In this document: in pieces, positions 1 through 8,908 of the stretch | Numbering within the stretch: the first letter of the stretch is position 1 | Layout: each line of letters begins with the position of its first letter | Sequence record: DRR723986_5705 | Length of the DNA: 63,259 nt | Reading direction: 5' to 3' (one strand) | Translations under genes and position numbers: made by a program | The notes under the pieces: model-generated | Database searches by the model: none | What the model saw: the letters and a program-made list of their open reading frames with translations, nothing else | Told to the model about the DNA's origin: nothing

Positions 1-1
1 A

Positions 2-79
2 AGGGATCAACAGGTTTTCTGGCGAGAGATTGAAATTCGCGCCGGGTGGGCCAAGCACACCTGCAATCAATACGGTTAA
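2..79 (+). CDS. Probable 3' end of a CDS entering from the left edge; product unknown
   Basis: Frame from position 2 is open (RDQQVFWREIEIRAGWAKHTCNQYG) and stops at TAA 77-79, shortly before the RBS of the next gene. Too short to identify. Confidence 0.35.
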   Translation, partial: RDQQVFWREIEIRAGWAKHTCNQYG

Positions 80-111
80 ACTATCGCAACAGTTTTCAGG
101 AGAGCTTCGTT

Positions 112-1059
112 TTGGGAATTCGCGTACTCGTGCTTGGCGCACAAGGCCAACTGGGCCACACCATTGGTCAACATGCCAAGCCCGCCTTGATGGAAACCAT
201 GGACGCCTGCATCAGCTATGGTCGTGACAAAGCAGACCTGGCCAAGCCCGACACTCTCATCAATGCACTGAAAGATGTACGCCCCGACGTAGTCATCAAC
301 GCTGCTGCCTACACCAACGTAGAAAAAGCAGAAACCGAAACTGAACTTGCACACGCCATCAATGCAAAAGCGGTGGGCATTTTGGCCGAGCAATGCAAAA
401 AGCAGGGTGTGGCACTGGTGCACTACAGCACCGACTATGTGTTCGACGGAAAAGCCAGCCAACCCTATACAGAAACCGATGCCACCAACCCGCTAAACGC
501 TTACGGAAAATCGAAACTGGAAGGTGAAAAATACCTGAAGGAAGTGGGCGGGAATTGGGTGGTGTTTCGCACCAGTTGGGTGTACGGCCAGCGCGGCAAC
601 AACTTCTGCCGAACCATGATCAAGCTGGCCCAGGAGCGCGACAAATTGCAGGTGGTTGATGATCAAGCCGGCGCGCCTACCCCGGCCAACTGGTTGGCTG
701 AATTGGGACTGACGGTGGCTGGTGTTGTGGCCATGCACCGTTACAAAACCATGGGCAAACTGGCCCCCACTTTTCTGCCCGACTTTCCGTCCGAGATTCC
801 CAGCGGTGAATTTTTCCATGCCAGTGCTGCGGGCGTGACTACCTGGTTCGATTACGCCTGCCTGGCCATCGAACACGCCCACAAACAAGGCATTGTTCAG
901 CGCATGCCCAACATTGAACGCGTCAAAACCGCCAGCATGAATTTCGCAGCGCAGCGCCCGGCGTATTCAGTGTTGAATAACAGGAAATTGATGGACACCT
1001 TCCGCGTAAATCCACCGGAGTGGACGAAAGGTGTTCGAAATTTTGTGCTCAATTACTGA
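112..1059 (+). CDS. rfbD: dTDP-4-dehydrorhamnose reductase (RmlD/RfbD family SDR)
   Basis: GAQGQLG nucleotide-binding motif, INAAAYT, STDYVFDG, catalytic YGKSK, RTSWVY, VVDDQ.G.PT. Start set at TTG 112 behind CAGGAG (ORF track starts at 46). Confidence 0.9.
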   Translation: MGIRVLVLGAQGQLGHTIGQHAKPALMETMDACISYGRDKADLAKPDTLINALKDVRPDVVINAAAYTNVEKAETETELAHAINAKAVGILAEQCKKQGVALVHYSTDYVFDGKASQPYTETDATNPLNAYGKSKLEGEKYLKEVGGNWVVFRTSWVYGQRGNNFCRTMIKLAQERDKLQVVDDQAGAPTPANWLAELGLTVAGVVAMHRYKTMGKLAPTFLPDFPSEIPSGEFFHASAAGVTTWFDYACLAIEHAHKQGIVQRMPNIERVKTASMNFAAQRPAYSVLNNRKLMDTFRVNPPEWTKGVRNFVLNY

Positions 1060-1074
1060 GCGAAGATTGTTGGG

Positions 1075-1983
1075 TCAATGAATCCGCAGCACTGTGCTTT
1101 TCACGGAGGCCCAGGCGCCCACCATCACCAGCACCACCCACACCAGAATCAGCCCCAGCGCGGTAATACCGCTGGGTTGTTCGAATCGGAAATCGCGGTC
1201 AAATTCACGAATGAATGTACCGGCGGCATCGTCGGCCAGGCCCATGGCACCGCTTACCACGGCATAAGCCAAACCAAAGGCGACCAGCGCCAGGCTGACT
1301 GACCACCACAGGGTGGGGCGGCCAACTTCGGTGTCGGTGGCACCCAGCGATTTCAACACATGCACTTCAGCCTGGTTGCGAATCAGCTGCAAACGCACTG
1401 TATTGAAGGTAACCACCAACACCATGCCTGCAATGAGCACGGCCAAAGCCATGGCAATAATTTGCGTGCCGTTCAATACCGATTGAAGGCGACGCACCCA
1501 CTGTGCATCATATTGAACATGCTCAACACCAGTGAAGTTTTGCCATTCTGCGATTTTGCTTTCGATGGCCTGGGTGTCGGTGGTGGCATCCACTTCAAGC
1601 ACCACCACCACGGTGTAGGGCAGGGGGTTTTCAGGTAGGGCTTGGGCCAAATCGGGTGTTTGGCTTTGCGTGCGCAAACGCTCCATGGCCTGCTCGGGTG
1701 TGACGATATTCACGCTGTCCAAATCGAAATCGCGCTTCAATTGTGCGGCTGCACTTTTTACGGAATCCAGTGTGGCATCGGGTTTGAAGTACAGGCTGAT
1801 TTCAGGGTCGCCCACCCAACGGTCCATGCTGGGCACAATCGCGCTCAGCCCCTGTGCAATCGTCCATGGCATGGCCAGTGCGATCGCCAGTACCAGGGCG
1901 TTGAACAGGTGGCCCAGAGGTTCATCAAGCCACAGCTTTAAACCGGCAGAAATTGAAAACCACTGCAAACGTAACCAACGCAT
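1075..1983 (-). CDS. ftsX: Cell division ABC permease FtsX
   Basis: ENPLP motif, WVRRL, NTVRL..., LGAT pattern and TM layout; directly downstream of ftsE and ftsY. Confidence 0.88.
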   Translation of the reverse strand: MRWLRLQWFSISAGLKLWLDEPLGHLFNALVLAIALAMPWTIAQGLSAIVPSMDRWVGDPEISLYFKPDATLDSVKSAAAQLKRDFDLDSVNIVTPEQAMERLRTQSQTPDLAQALPENPLPYTVVVVLEVDATTDTQAIESKIAEWQNFTGVEHVQYDAQWVRRLQSVLNGTQIIAMALAVLIAGMVLVVTFNTVRLQLIRNQAEVHVLKSLGATDTEVGRPTLWWSVSLALVAFGLAYAVVSGAMGLADDAAGTFIREFDRDFRFEQPSGITALGLILVWVVLVMVGAWASVKSTVLRIH

Positions 1984-2004
1984 CTGTTGTCTCTTAAAAG
2001 TGGA

Positions 2005-2739
2005 TCAAGCCCCGTAGGCCTTGTTCAGAAAGTCTTTGGAAAAAGTCTGCACGCCTGCCTCGCGACCACCGTTGTGCGACAAATCGGCGGGTGCCGGCAG
2101 CACTGCGCCTTCACCCAGTTTCAGGCGATGGGTAACACGGTTGAAGCGGTGTGCCTCGTGAGTGGCCACAATAATCGTGACCCCCGCGCGGTTGAACTCC
2201 TCCAGCAAACCCACCACGCGCGCGGCCGATTCATCGTCCAGTTGGGCGGTGGGCTCATCGGCCAATACAAGCGCTGGTCGATTAACCACAGCGCGTGCAA
2301 TTTGCAAGCGCAACTGTTGTCCGCCCGACAATTCACTGGGCAGCATGCGGTCGGTGTGGCTTAAGCCTACGCGCGCCAATGCAGCCTTGACGCGGCTTTG
2401 AATATCGCTCTCGGAAAGCCCAACCACGCGCAGGGGCAGGGCCACGTTGTCAAAGCAATTGCGATTGTGCAGCAACTCCACGTCCATTCCCGTGTAGCCC
2501 ACATTGCGCCGGTAGTGCGCACGTTCTCGCCGGTTCAGGCGTGCTATGGAGCTTTTGCCCACCAAAATGTCGCCACTGCTGGGTTGTTCAAACGTGGCCA
2601 GCAGGCGAAGTATCGAACTTTTTCCCGCGCCGGAATGACCTTCCAGAAGTGTGAATGAACCTTTGGGTAGCTGAAAATTCACGCCCTTCAAGGCGGCGTG
2701 GGTGCCGTACTTCAAAGTGACGTTTTTGAATTGAATCAT
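2005..2739 (-). CDS. ftsE: Cell division ABC ATPase FtsE (divergent motifs)
   Basis: MIQF start, Walker A GHSGAGKS, LSGGQ signature, LADEPT Walker B, ATH; 4-bp overlap with ftsY. Confidence 0.85.
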   Translation of the reverse strand: MIQFKNVTLKYGTHAALKGVNFQLPKGSFTLLEGHSGAGKSSILRLLATFEQPSSGDILVGKSSIARLNRRERAHYRRNVGYTGMDVELLHNRNCFDNVALPLRVVGLSESDIQSRVKAALARVGLSHTDRMLPSELSGGQQLRLQIARAVVNRPALVLADEPTAQLDDESAARVVGLLEEFNRAGVTIIVATHEAHRFNRVTHRLKLGEGAVLPAPADLSHNGGREAGVQTFSKDFLNKAYGA

Positions 2740-3677
2740 GCGGTTTGGTTTCCGTCAGTGTCGATGCCAACCAAGGCGTTGGCGAATTCCCGGGGGCTGA
2801 AAGGGCGCAAATCGCCCAGCTTCTCGCCCACGCCAATAAAGGCAACTGGCACGCGGGTGCTCATGCTCATGGCTGCCAGGATTCCGCCTTTGGCCGTGCC
2901 GTCCAGTTTGGTGACCACCAGCGCGGTCAGTGTAAGTGCATCGTTGAATGCCTTGATTTGTTGCAAGGCGTTTTGACCATTGGTGGCATCCACCACCAGC
3001 ACAATTTCATGTGGCGCATCCATCTTGGCTTTGCCCAGCACTTTCTTGATTTTCTTCAACTCTTCCATCAGATGAAGCTGCGTGGGCAGGCGGCCAGCGG
3101 TGTCCACAATCACGATGTGGCTGTTGCGAGAAATTCCGGACTGCACCGAATCAAATGCCACTGCTGCGGGGTCTCCACCTTGCGCTGAAATGACGTCTAC
3201 GCTGCTGCGATTGGCCCACACATCCAGTTGCTCGCGGGCTGCAGCGCGAAAGGTGTCGCCAGCGGCCAGCAGAACGGAGTAACCAATTTCCGCGTAATGA
3301 TTAGCCAATTTGCCAATGCTGGTAGTTTTGCCTGCACCGTTCACACCCACCACCATCATGACCAAGGGGCGAGCGCGGTCTACACCCATGCTGGTTTCCA
3401 GGGGGCGGAGCAGGTCAAATACAGCGTCGCGCAGCACCAAGCGAACATCCTCAGGCCGGGTCAGGCCTTTCTGGTACACCGTGTCGCGTACTTTCTGCAT
3501 CAGCAGTTCGGTGGCGGGCAAACCGCAATCGGCCAACAGAAGGCGCTCTTCCATTTCTTCGAAAAAGGCTTCATCGACTTTTTCGCCGGTGAACATGGAG
3601 GTGAGGCCGGAACGGGTTTTGGTCAAGCCCGATTTCAAACGACCAAGCCAGTCCTGTCTCTGCCCAGGAATCTGCAT
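2736..3677 (-). CDS. ftsY: Signal recognition particle receptor FtsY (NG domain only)
   Basis: GVNGAGKTT, DTFRAAA, DTAGR, TKLDGTAKGG, GVGE. ATG 3677 follows GGAG (ORF track TTG 3689). Confidence 0.96.
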   Translation of the reverse strand: MQIPGQRQDWLGRLKSGLTKTRSGLTSMFTGEKVDEAFFEEMEERLLLADCGLPATELLMQKVRDTVYQKGLTRPEDVRLVLRDAVFDLLRPLETSMGVDRARPLVMMVVGVNGAGKTTSIGKLANHYAEIGYSVLLAAGDTFRAAAREQLDVWANRSSVDVISAQGGDPAAVAFDSVQSGISRNSHIVIVDTAGRLPTQLHLMEELKKIKKVLGKAKMDAPHEIVLVVDATNGQNALQQIKAFNDALTLTALVVTKLDGTAKGGILAAMSMSTRVPVAFIGVGEKLGDLRPFSPREFANALVGIDTDGNQTA

Positions 3678-3793
3678 GTAAAACTCCAATTGAGGAAACT
3701 AAGCGGTGCGAACGACTGTCACACAGCGAGATGTTGAATGACTTATTCTACCATTGAGCTTAAAACGGACGTTTGCTGTAAAAGGTGTCTTGA

Positions 3794-5206
3794 ATGATAA
3801 AAACAGGTTTTCAACTGAATAGGCGTTGGGCAGCACTGGCCACCGGTGCTTTGCTGATTGCAGGTTCTCAATTGCTGATGGTTAACGCTGCCCGGGCGGC
3901 AGATGGCGATGTCACCGAATACACACTGAAAAATGGCCTGCGCGTGGTGGTGAAGGAAGACCACCGCTCGCCCACAGTGGCCCACATGGTGTGGTACAAG
4001 GCTGGCTCGATTGACGAGTACAACGGCACCACGGGCGTGGCCCATGTGCTTGAGCACATGATGTTCAAGGAGACGAAAAACCTCAAGGTCGGTGAGTTCT
4101 CTGAAACCGTGGCGGCCTTGGGCGGACGGGACAACGCCTTTACCAGCCGTGATTACACCGCTTACTTTCAGCAGCTGCAGGCCAAAGACTTGAGCAAGGT
4201 CATGGCGCTTGAGGCGGACCGCATGGCCAACCTGGTGTTGAGCGAAAGCGAGTTTGAAAAAGAAATCAAGGTGGTGATGGAAGAACGCCGTTACCGCACC
4301 GACGACCAGGCCACCGGCAAGCTTTACGAGGCTTTCATGGCCACTGCTTTTCAGGCCAACCCCACGCGTACACCGGTAATTGGCTGGATGAGCGACCTTG
4401 AAGCCATGACCTACAAGGATGCACGCAAATGGTATGACACCTGGTACACACCCCAGAATGCAGTACTGGTGGTGGTGGGCGATGTGCAACCCGCCGAGGT
4501 AAAAGCCATGGCTGAAAAAACCTATGGCAAGGTAAAACCCAAGAAGCTGGAGGAGCGCAAGCCTCAAGAGGAGCCCAGGCAAGAGGGCATACGCCGTGTG
4601 CAGGTAAAGGCACCTGCTGAAAACCCCTACCTGATCATGGGTTTCAAAGTGCCCAAGCTGGAGAATGTGTTGAAAGACCGTGATGCCTATTCGCTGGCAG
4701 TGCTAAGTGCAGTGCTGGATGGCTATTCTGGTGCGCGTTTGAATCGCGAGTTGGTGCAAAACCAGAAAGTGGCCTTGCAGGCCGGAGCCAGCTATGACAT
4801 GACAGGCCGTGGCCCGTCGCTGTTTTATCTTGATGGCGCACCTGCCCCAGGCCAGACCGTGGAGGCCTTGGAAAAAGCTTTGTTGGCCCAAGTGAAAAAG
4901 GTGGCTGATGAGGGCGTGAGTGAGGCTGAACTGGCCCGCGTGAAAGCGCAGCTGATTGCCAGCCAGGTGTACAAGCGGGATTCCGTGTATGGGCAGGCTG
5001 TTGAAATTGGCCAGAATGTGACCATCGGTTTTGAGGTGGGCGATATTGACCGGATGATTGAACAAATCAAAACCGTGACAGCTCAGGAAGTTCAGTATGC
5101 CGCGCAGAAATTCTTTGATCAGGACCAGTTGACAGTGGGCACCTTGTTCCCGCTGCCCATTGACCCCAACAAGAAAGATGCGCCACCCAAGGGTTTGACT
5201 CACTAA
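3794..5206 (+). CDS. M16 family zinc peptidase, catalytic subunit, with signal peptide
   Basis: Inverted zinc motif HVLEH (HxxEH), NAFT, EER; N-terminal signal peptide ending ARA. Confidence 0.92.
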   Translation: MIKTGFQLNRRWAALATGALLIAGSQLLMVNAARAADGDVTEYTLKNGLRVVVKEDHRSPTVAHMVWYKAGSIDEYNGTTGVAHVLEHMMFKETKNLKVGEFSETVAALGGRDNAFTSRDYTAYFQQLQAKDLSKVMALEADRMANLVLSESEFEKEIKVVMEERRYRTDDQATGKLYEAFMATAFQANPTRTPVIGWMSDLEAMTYKDARKWYDTWYTPQNAVLVVVGDVQPAEVKAMAEKTYGKVKPKKLEERKPQEEPRQEGIRRVQVKAPAENPYLIMGFKVPKLENVLKDRDAYSLAVLSAVLDGYSGARLNRELVQNQKVALQAGASYDMTGRGPSLFYLDGAPAPGQTVEALEKALLAQVKKVADEGVSEAELARVKAQLIASQVYKRDSVYGQAVEIGQNVTIGFEVGDIDRMIEQIKTVTAQEVQYAAQKFFDQDQLTVGTLFPLPIDPNKKDAPPKGLTH

Positions 5207-5271
5207 GTTTTTCTCAGTAAGCAACTGAGTAAGCAATTGAGCACCAACAAGTCATGCAGGGATTTACAACC

Positions 5272-6621
5272 ATGTTGAGTAGCAAGAACAAAGTATTCAT
5301 TCGCGGCTTGTTTGCCGCTGGGGCCACCGCAGCTGCCGTGTTTGCAGCGCCTGCCAATGCTGCACTGCCGATTGAAAGCTGGACGGCGGCCAGCGGTGCA
5401 AAAGTGATGTTTATGCGCGCGGAAGCGTTGCCCATGCTGGATGTACGTGTGGACTTCCCGGCAGGCAGCCGTGCTGACCCCAAGGGCAAAGAGGGCTTGG
5501 CGAGCGCCACCGGCGACATGATTGGTCGGGGTGCAGAAGGCCTTTCCGAGAATGACATTGCCGATGGTTTTGCCGACACGGGCGCGCAGTTCTCTGGTGG
5601 GGCCAGCAGCGATTCCGCCGGGGTGCAATTGCGTACATTGACTTCCGAGCCCGAGTTTTCAAAAGCAATTTCCCTGATGAAAACCGTGCTTCAAAAGCCG
5701 GTGTTCAACGCCGACATTCTGGCGCGTGAAACTGCACGCAGTGTGGCTGGCCTGAAAGAGGCATTGACCAAGCCCGACACCTTGGCCGACCGTGCGTTTG
5801 CCACGGCGCTTTACCCGAATCACCCATACGGCACGCACACCACCGAAGCAAGCTTGAATGCCATTGCCGTGGCTGATGTAGAGCAGTTTTACAAAACCCG
5901 CTACCTGGGTAACAAGGCGGTGGTCTCGCTCGTGGGCAACATTACCCGTGCACAGGCCGAGCAGCTGGCCAATGAACTCACCGCTGGTTTGCCAAAAGGT
6001 GAGCTACAAGGCAACCCCTTGGGAGGTGCCGACTATCAAGAATTGCAGGCGGCCATGAAAGGGCAAACCATTCAGATTGACCACCCTGCTGCGCAAAGCC
6101 ATATTTTGATGGGCCTGCCTGCCATGCGCCGTGGCGCGCCGGATTATTTTGATTTGCTGGTGGCCAATCACATTCTGGGGGGAGGTGGTTTTGTGTCGCG
6201 CCTCATGGACGAAATTCGCGAGAAACGCGGCTTGGCCTACAGCACCTATTCTTACTTCATGCCGGCAGGCGATGCTGGCCCATTCCAGGCCGGCGTGCAG
6301 ACCAAAAAAGAGTCGACTGCTGAGGCAGTACAAATCATGCGAAGAACCATTCTTGATTTTATCGAGAAGGGCCCCACACAGGCCGAACTGAACGCAGCCA
6401 AACAAAACCTGATTGGCGGCTTTCCCCTGCGGATCGACAGCAATGGCAAGTTGCTGGGCAATATCTCCATGATGGGCCTGCATGGCCTGCCACTGAACTA
6501 CCTTGACAACTGGACTGCCGAGATTGAAAAGGTGACCGTTCAAAGCGCGCGGGAGGCCTTTGCCCGGCATGTGAAAGCGGACAAGCTGGTGACTGTGGTG
6601 GTGGGTGGAAAGGTTGAGTGA
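5272..6621 (+). CDS. M16 family peptidase, non-catalytic partner subunit
   Basis: No HxxEH; LGGGGFVSRL..EIREKRGLAY motif of M16B partner subunits; signal peptide ending ANA. Alternative start 5254. Confidence 0.88.
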   Translation: MLSSKNKVFIRGLFAAGATAAAVFAAPANAALPIESWTAASGAKVMFMRAEALPMLDVRVDFPAGSRADPKGKEGLASATGDMIGRGAEGLSENDIADGFADTGAQFSGGASSDSAGVQLRTLTSEPEFSKAISLMKTVLQKPVFNADILARETARSVAGLKEALTKPDTLADRAFATALYPNHPYGTHTTEASLNAIAVADVEQFYKTRYLGNKAVVSLVGNITRAQAEQLANELTAGLPKGELQGNPLGGADYQELQAAMKGQTIQIDHPAAQSHILMGLPAMRRGAPDYFDLLVANHILGGGGFVSRLMDEIREKRGLAYSTYSYFMPAGDAGPFQAGVQTKKESTAEAVQIMRRTILDFIEKGPTQAELNAAKQNLIGGFPLRIDSNGKLLGNISMMGLHGLPLNYLDNWTAEIEKVTVQSAREAFARHVKADKLVTVVVGGKVE

Positions 6622-6651
6622 GAAGCTGAATGAGAAGGCTGGGCAAGCACG

Positions 6652-7257
6652 TTGAATAAGCTAAGAATAATCGGCGGGGTTTGGCGCCGACACATGCTGC
6701 CGATTGCGCCGGTCGAGGGTCTGAGGCCAACGCCGGACCGGGTGCGCGAGACTGTATTCAACTGGCTGGGACAAGACTGCACCGGCATGCAAGTGCTCGA
6801 TTTGTACGCAGGCACAGGTGCTTTGGGTTTTGAGGCGGCCTCGCGTGGGGCAAGCGAGGTGCTGCTGGTGGAGCAAAACCGCCAGGTGGTTGCCCAGTTG
6901 CAGCAGAACAAAGCTTACCTGTTGTCGAAATGGCCTGCCGCAGAGGGCAATGCCCCGTCCGTCCAGGTTGACGCCAATGATGCACTCGCATGCCTGAAAC
7001 GCTTGGCCGGTGGGGGTAAGCAATTCGACTTGGTGGCGCTTGACCCCCCCTTTCGAAGTGATTTGATGCAGTCCACCCTGCCGCTGATCAAAGCAGTGTT
7101 AAAGCCACAGGGCTTGGTGTACGCCGAATGGCATGAAAACCTGTTTGCCAATGAGGAAGCACTGTGCAAGGCGTTGAATGTTCAAGAAATTGATGCTTTG
7201 CGTCATTTAAAAGCAGGCCAAGTGCATGCGCATTTGTTCGCCCTGCCTGCTGTGTGA
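6652..7257 (+). CDS. rsmD: 16S rRNA m2G966 methyltransferase
   Basis: LRIIGG, LRPTPDRVRE..FNWL, DLYAGTGALG.EA.SRGA, DPPF. Confidence 0.95.
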   Translation: MNKLRIIGGVWRRHMLPIAPVEGLRPTPDRVRETVFNWLGQDCTGMQVLDLYAGTGALGFEAASRGASEVLLVEQNRQVVAQLQQNKAYLLSKWPAAEGNAPSVQVDANDALACLKRLAGGGKQFDLVALDPPFRSDLMQSTLPLIKAVLKPQGLVYAEWHENLFANEEALCKALNVQEIDALRHLKAGQVHAHLFALPAV

Positions 7258-7316
7258 TACAAAGCGGGGATAGAGCAGTATCACGCGAATAAAACCCTTT
7301 GATATGGAGATCAGCG

Positions 7317-7820
7317 ATGCGCATTGCTGTATATCCCGGAACATTTGATCCACTGACCCGCGGCCATGAAGATTTGGTGCGTCGCGGCGCGAAAATATTC
7401 GACAAACTGGTGGTTGGTGTGGCCGATAGCCCCAACAAAAAACCTTTCTTCACCATGGATGAGCGCGTTCAAATTGCGCGCGAAGTACTGAGCCATTACC
7501 CCAATGTAGAGGTGAAAGGTTTCAAGGGTTTGCTCAAGGACTTTGTTCGCTCCAACAATGCCAATGTGATTATTCGCGGCTTGCGTGCGGTGAGCGATTT
7601 TGAGTACGAGTTTCAAATGGCGGGTATGAACCGGTATTTGCTGCCCGATGTGGAAACCATGTTCCTGACCCCTTCAGACCAGTACCAGTTTATTTCCGGC
7701 ACCATTGTGCGTGAAATTGCCTCCCTGGGTGGCGATGTCAGCAAGTTTGTGTTTCCGTCGGTTGAACATTGGTTGAACCAGAAGCTGGGCCTGACCCCTC
7801 CGCAGGTGATCAACAAGTAA
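7317..7820 (+). CDS. coaD: Pantetheine-phosphate adenylyltransferase
   Basis: [28 protein letters not shown] 7317 follows GGAG. Confidence 0.97.
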   Translation: MRIAVYPGTFDPLTRGHEDLVRRGAKIFDKLVVGVADSPNKKPFFTMDERVQIAREVLSHYPNVEVKGFKGLLKDFVRSNNANVIIRGLRAVSDFEYEFQMAGMNRYLLPDVETMFLTPSDQYQFISGTIVREIASLGGDVSKFVFPSVEHWLNQKLGLTPPQVINK

Positions 7821-8108
<288 letters not shown>

Positions 8109-8206
8109 TGGCTGTTGACAGAAGCAACCCTTCTTGTCTGATTAGAGAATCTTCCCCGGATTGTTGAAAAGCCGTTTCTATAATCATTCTTTGTAGAACT
8201 GGGCTT

Positions 8207-8226
8207 TGTACGAAATTTGTCGTACA
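8207..8226. promoter_or_regulatory. Palindromic operator-like site TGTACGA-N6-TCGTACA
   Basis: Perfect 7-bp inverted repeat, downstream of TATAAT (8179-8184) and upstream of the 8291 gene. Confidence 0.5.
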
Positions 8227-8231
8227 TTTTT

Positions 8232-8276
8232 TACTTTTTAGAGCCTGGCGCTTGGTTTATCAGTGTTCATACATAG
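8232..8276 (+). pseudogene. Possible C-terminal remnant of a toxin-like gene (YFLEPGAWFISVHT*)
   Basis: Short frame ending TAG 8274-8276, 14 nt before ATG 8291. Its WFISVH end resembles the IS(F/V)H C-termini of MqsR-like toxins. No ATG in frame and an in-frame TAA at 8181. Confidence 0.4.
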
Positions 8277-8290
8277 ATCTGGAAATTGTC

Positions 8291-8908
8291 ATGAAACTGT
8301 TCATTGATGGCGAAAAAAGCCGTGCGATTTGTAGTCATTGCAAGGACATGGTTCGAGTCACTTTTATGCGCCGAGATGTGCCATTTAGTGATGGGAAAGG
8401 TGCGGCACAAGATATTTTGGTAGGTGTGTGTGATGTGTGTGACCAAGTGGTGTCAATACCGGCACAGTCCACTCCGGCTATTTCTGAATCGCGGAAAAAG
8501 GCACTGAAATCGATTGAAGTCCGATTGCCCGCTATCTATTTGGACGTGCTTGACCTCGCGGCCTTCACGCTCGAGCCTGAGTCTTCTCCAGATTTTCGAA
8601 AAGATCTGATTTGTTATTACATTCATGATTTGGCCCAAGACCCAAATCGGATACAACGGCTGTTCAATGCGCACAAGCTTTCAGTTGTCAATTTTTCTTC
8701 CAAGAACATAAAAATTCCGAGCAAGCGATTGTCGATGAAAGTATCTGAAAAACTGAAGACGGAACTCCGAAGTCTGGAAGATGAGACCGAGCTCAGTACT
8801 ACTGAGCTCTTGAAGTCCGTGGTGTGCGACATTCAACGTGAAGTTTTGGAGAAGCCTAGATCAAGTAAAATCAAAACTTTGCAGTTTCTGGCATCCGTTG
8901 CTCTTTAG
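8291..8908 (+). CDS. Zn-ribbon protein (CxxC...CxxC) with putative RHH-like C-terminus; antitoxin/regulator-like
   Basis: CSHC and CDVC about 30 aa apart, as in MqsA/YgiT-type fingers; visibly AT-richer than its neighbours; ATG 8291. Confidence 0.6.
   Translation: MKLFIDGEKSRAICSHCKDMVRVTFMRRDVPFSDGKGAAQDILVGVCDVCDQVVSIPAQSTPAISESRKKALKSIEVRLPAIYLDVLDLAAFTLEPESSPDFRKDLICYYIHDLAQDPNRIQRLFNAHKLSVVNFSSKNIKIPSKRLSMKVSEKLKTELRSLEDETELSTTELLKSVVCDIQREVLEKPRSSKIKTLQFLASVAL

Noticed and set aside
2736-3677. FtsY lacks the acidic N-terminal domain
   Set aside because: Short NG-only FtsY proteins are common.
5213-5248. Short direct repeats as a CRISPR array or iterons
   Set aside because: Units are 12 bp, adjacent, with no spacers and no cas or rep gene nearby; reported instead as tandem duplications.
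5272-6621. M16 peptidase lacking HxxEH, possible pseudogene
   Set aside because: Normal for the partner subunit of heterodimeric M16B peptidases; the frame is intact.
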